From Lytechinus pictus (taxonomy: Eukaryota): a DNA stretch of 64,000 nt. The stretch spans positions 3,660,001 to 3,724,000 of the forward strand of contig NC_087252.1 of the NCBI RefSeq assembly GCF_037042905.1. Direction: 5' to 3'. A program made the position numbers and the translations under genes. The notes beneath the pieces were generated by a model, which was not told the DNA's origin, made no database searches, and was given only the letters and a program-made list of their open reading frames with translations. Below, piece by piece: positions 60,827-64,000 of this stretch. How positions within the stretch are numbered: the first letter of the stretch is position 1; each line of letters starts with the position of its first letter.

Positions 60827-63484
60827 CTACTCTGGGGGTATAATATGGTTCGATCTTCTATTAACTTTCATAAGTTTGACAAATTTGGTCCAGAAGTACT
60901 CCTGCTCTTGTTCGTTTTTCGACCAAGTGAGGTAGGTCCCATGGTCACTGAGGAAGAGCCTTACCAAGAACGGCAGCTCCGCATCAGGGATATCCTCTAG
61001 GAAAACCACCACCATGTTCTCAATTTGGGACTCATTGACGTTATCTAAAGCTATCCGGAACTTAACCAGGAACCAGTTGTTCCGGAAAGCATTTCTGCTT
61101 AACAGCAAAACAATTTTATAACTCCGCTCGACGATGTAGTGGACCGAATCTAAATAGTGCATGCCGATGATGAGATCCTCATCGCCATAAATGTTTCTGT
61201 TGAGGTCAGGTAGTTTCTCTTCTATGAGTGGTTTGAAGTGGTCCTTCATCCACTGGTCATCCTCATCGTCGCACATGACGTTGATGTCGTACGTGAATTC
61301 GTCGTGACCACGAGCATCCTCCATCTCGTCGTACCCCAGGATGGCGAGCTTTAGGAGGAAAATTTTGTATTTCAAAGCCCATCGGTTACTGTACATCATC
61401 AAGGCAATCATGATTACTCCAATCCCAGTCAGAACGAGCAGGCTGATGAGAGTTGTGTTGGGGCTGCAGAACTCATCAGGTTGGAAAGTCAACAGGGGCT
61501 TTTGTTTTAGAGGATCAAGAGACGCAGATGAGCAGTAGGTTTGATCAGCGTTTATGAGATGGATATCTCCATTAAGCCATTCGACCATCCACCTGATCTT
61601 ACAAGAACAAACTATCGGATTATTAACAAGGGATATTGCTGTCAGGGTGGACATGACTGGATCGAACGAGCTGGAATTGAAGGCTGTTAGATCGTTGTTG
61701 GTCAGGGTGAGCGTAGTCAGCAGAGGGATTTCTGTGAAGGCATCCTTGGAGAAATAGCTAAGGTGGTTATCATCGACATGCAGAGCAAGAAGGTTTGTTA
61801 AACCTTGGAGAAGATCAGACGAAAGATGTGTCAGATAATTCTGCTGCAAATGCAGTTCCTTCAGGGATCTCAGATCGGAAAACAATCCCATTTCAAGGAA
61901 TGGAATTTCGCATTTAACCACAGAGAGTTTTTGTAAGGAAGTCAGGTTTGAAAATACAAATACCGGAAAACCACCTAGAGGGTTGTTGTCGAGGAACAGA
62001 GCGCGAAGATATGCCAAGCCACTAAAGAGGGACAAATTCCTTGATGAATCCCATAAACTGTTGACTAACATTATAGATCCCGTCATGTCAATAAACTCGA
62101 GCAATGGTGCAGTTTTGAAAGTTTCACCTGGTATGAATGAGTCATCCCCAAAATAAGGCACCCGTTGTCGAATATTAAAAGATGTCAGGAGAGGTGCCCA
62201 TAGTAACATTTCAAGTAGTTTACAGCCCGGCACATCAAGTATCTTTAATTTTTCAAGCCCGTCAAAAGCTCCAATTTCAAGAGAAGATAGATATTCGTTG
62301 TTGGACAAGTCTAAGAGCACCAAGGTATTCAAACCACTGAAACTAAAGGAAGCTATGTGAATGAGACTATTATCAAGTAAATATAACTCATGTAAATTTA
62401 TCTCCCAGGTCGAGTTTTTCGGGTTGATGGTTTGAACTTCATTATATCCAAGGTCGAGAATCCTCAGTTCTTTCATTCCTGCAAAGTGTTCTGGCTCTAT
62501 CTCACGGATGTAATTGCCACTCAGACTTAGCCGATAGAGAGTGGTTAGGTTTGAGAATATGGAATGGTTCAATGAAATGAAGTCGTTAAAAGATAGGTCA
62601 AGACTGAAGAGAGAGGCATTAGAGAGGGGACTGAATAAATCTGGAATGATGGCGTCCAAGCCACTTCCAATGATCGAAATTTCCTTGATGCTGGAGATCG
62701 CCGCACCTTGGAACAACTGCGTCAACACCGCATTGGTCGTAGGGAAGGCACCTACGACCAGGTTCTGGGCATTTAATGGCGCGATGGCTGCAGGATCAAT
62801 GGACGTGATCGGGTTCTGCATATCAATAGTGTCCATAGGACACAGGATGACAAATGTCTCAGGGGTTATACTTTCAATTCCATTGTAACCGATATTAAGA
62901 TCAGGCAGTACGAGGTCGCTGCAAATTGTTACGTTGACCGATGCGAGATTGTTGTAGCTCATATCGAGGTTTAGAAACTTGGATGATATCCCCAAAACTT
63001 CGTCTGGAAGCGATGTGAAATTGCAACCATTAAGTAAAAGAAGTTCCAGTTGGTGAAGCCATTGTAAATAATGGATCGATGATAAACTTGGGTTGTCACT
63101 TAGATCAAGGGTGGCCAGGTTCTCGAGTGGTTTGAATGCCTCAGGTTGAATTGTAGTGATGTCATTCTTTGAGAGATCAAGGAAGAGAAGGGCTGTGTAT
63201 CTGATGAAAGACACATTCCTAAGACTACGGATGTTGTTCAGGGACAGATCAAGACGGAGCGCATCGGTTGGCAAATCATCAGGAATTTTAGCGAGACCCC
63301 TTTGCCTGCAACCGGCCCTCTTAGCAATAACATCGAAGTCGCACTTTTCCGAAGTGAAAGCCCGTAAGATCCGAGTAGACGTCGGATCATTTTCAGGTGC
63401 CTTCCTCGTCATCATCTCGTATCGACGACTGGTGACTCGAAGAACGAACACTAAAAACCAGCAAAGACGGATCAGACAAGCCAT
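60827..63484 (-). CDS. Toll-like receptor, intronless, single-cysteine-cluster type, 885 aa
   Basis: Signal peptide, LRR-NT, many LxxLxLxxN repeats, LRR-CT (NNPIVCSC...C...C), TM (LISLLVLTGIGVIMIALMMY) and a C-terminal TIR domain (YDINV...LLLSRN...W...FW). Confidence 0.97.
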   Translation of the reverse strand: MACLIRLCWFLVFVLRVTSRRYEMMTRKAPENDPTSTRILRAFTSEKCDFDVIAKRAGCRQRGLAKIPDDLPTDALRLDLSLNNIRSLRNVSFIRYTALLFLDLSKNDITTIQPEAFKPLENLATLDLSDNPSLSSIHYLQWLHQLELLLLNGCNFTSLPDEVLGISSKFLNLDMSYNNLASVNVTICSDLVLPDLNIGYNGIESITPETFVILCPMDTIDMQNPITSIDPAAIAPLNAQNLVVGAFPTTNAVLTQLFQGAAISSIKEISIIGSGLDAIIPDLFSPLSNASLFSLDLSFNDFISLNHSIFSNLTTLYRLSLSGNYIREIEPEHFAGMKELRILDLGYNEVQTINPKNSTWEINLHELYLLDNSLIHIASFSFSGLNTLVLLDLSNNEYLSSLEIGAFDGLEKLKILDVPGCKLLEMLLWAPLLTSFNIRQRVPYFGDDSFIPGETFKTAPLLEFIDMTGSIMLVNSLWDSSRNLSLFSGLAYLRALFLDNNPLGGFPVFVFSNLTSLQKLSVVKCEIPFLEMGLFSDLRSLKELHLQQNYLTHLSSDLLQGLTNLLALHVDDNHLSYFSKDAFTEIPLLTTLTLTNNDLTAFNSSSFDPVMSTLTAISLVNNPIVCSCKIRWMVEWLNGDIHLINADQTYCSSASLDPLKQKPLLTFQPDEFCSPNTTLISLLVLTGIGVIMIALMMYSNRWALKYKIFLLKLAILGYDEMEDARGHDEFTYDINVMCDDEDDQWMKDHFKPLIEEKLPDLNRNIYGDEDLIIGMHYLDSVHYIVERSYKIVLLLSRNAFRNNWFLVKFRIALDNVNESQIENMVVVFLEDIPDAELPFLVRLFLSDHGTYLTWSKNEQEQEYFWTKFVKLMKVNRRSNHIIPPE

Positions 63485-64000
63485 TCCTTATCTGCGGTTT
63501 ATAATTGACCCCTGTATACGAGACTATATGGAAATGGAAATGGAAAGGATTACAGTTTAAAAGAATGGCAATAACAGCTTTCGAAAAGTTCCTTAAACAG
63601 TTTTGATGATGTCATATCAAGGGCGGATCGAGGCTTGAGCATGGGAAGTGCACGCCTTGGGGAGGAGGAAATAAGGTTAGGAAAATCAGCTGTTGAAAGC
63701 AGAAGTAATGGTACGAATTTCGTTTTTCTTGCCAGTGTCGGAACTCCTCTGCCTCAGCGGGAGGGTACACGTACGTGCACCCCCCCCCCCAGCCTACACC
63801 CTTGGAATTCATCAAAGATGGGGCACAGTCATTTTTCCCTTGAAATTTCTAACAAAAATACACGATAAAAAATGTATTTGCTATATAGAGATGCACTTTT
63901 TAAGGTTCGATGGATCTAAATTTGGTCGAAACCACAGCGAGCACCACTACCCCCCCCCCATAGCAGCACCCATGCACCCCTAGTGTTGGTGTATGACATT

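Noticed and set aside
61341..63560. Plus-strand ORFs overlapping the TLR, and similar antisense ORFs over COPA and CYP exons
   Set aside because: Shadow ORFs of genuine coding sequence on the opposite strand.

Overview
AT-rich, intron- and repeat-rich animal genomic DNA. The SINE/MITE families and the intronless TLR suggest an echinoderm such as a sea urchin (inference). There are four genes: (1) the first nine coding exons of a clan-3 (CYP3A-like) cytochrome P450 on the minus strand, whose 3' part lies left of the window; (2) a three-exon plus-strand gene, not evident as a single ORF in the track, encoding a highly divergent, C-terminally truncated Bak/Bax-like Bcl-2-family protein, preceded by a cluster of NF-kB-like and CRE motifs; (3) a complete 26-exon COPA gene (1224 aa, minus strand); (4) an intact single-exon Toll-like receptor (885 aa, minus strand). 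Notable non-coding structure: a >3.4-kb foldback palindrome and a 1.9-kb TTAA-flanked palindromic element downstream of CYP exon 9; a 35-bp TIR remnant with an 8-bp TSD; a 2.9-kb element with an 8-bp TSD inserted about 155 bp upstream of the COPA start codon; a nested hAT/Charlie element with a transposase remnant; three partial exon duplications that carry splice sites; and many SINEs, MITEs, LINE fragments and microsatellites. All calls come from manual reading; no searches were run.
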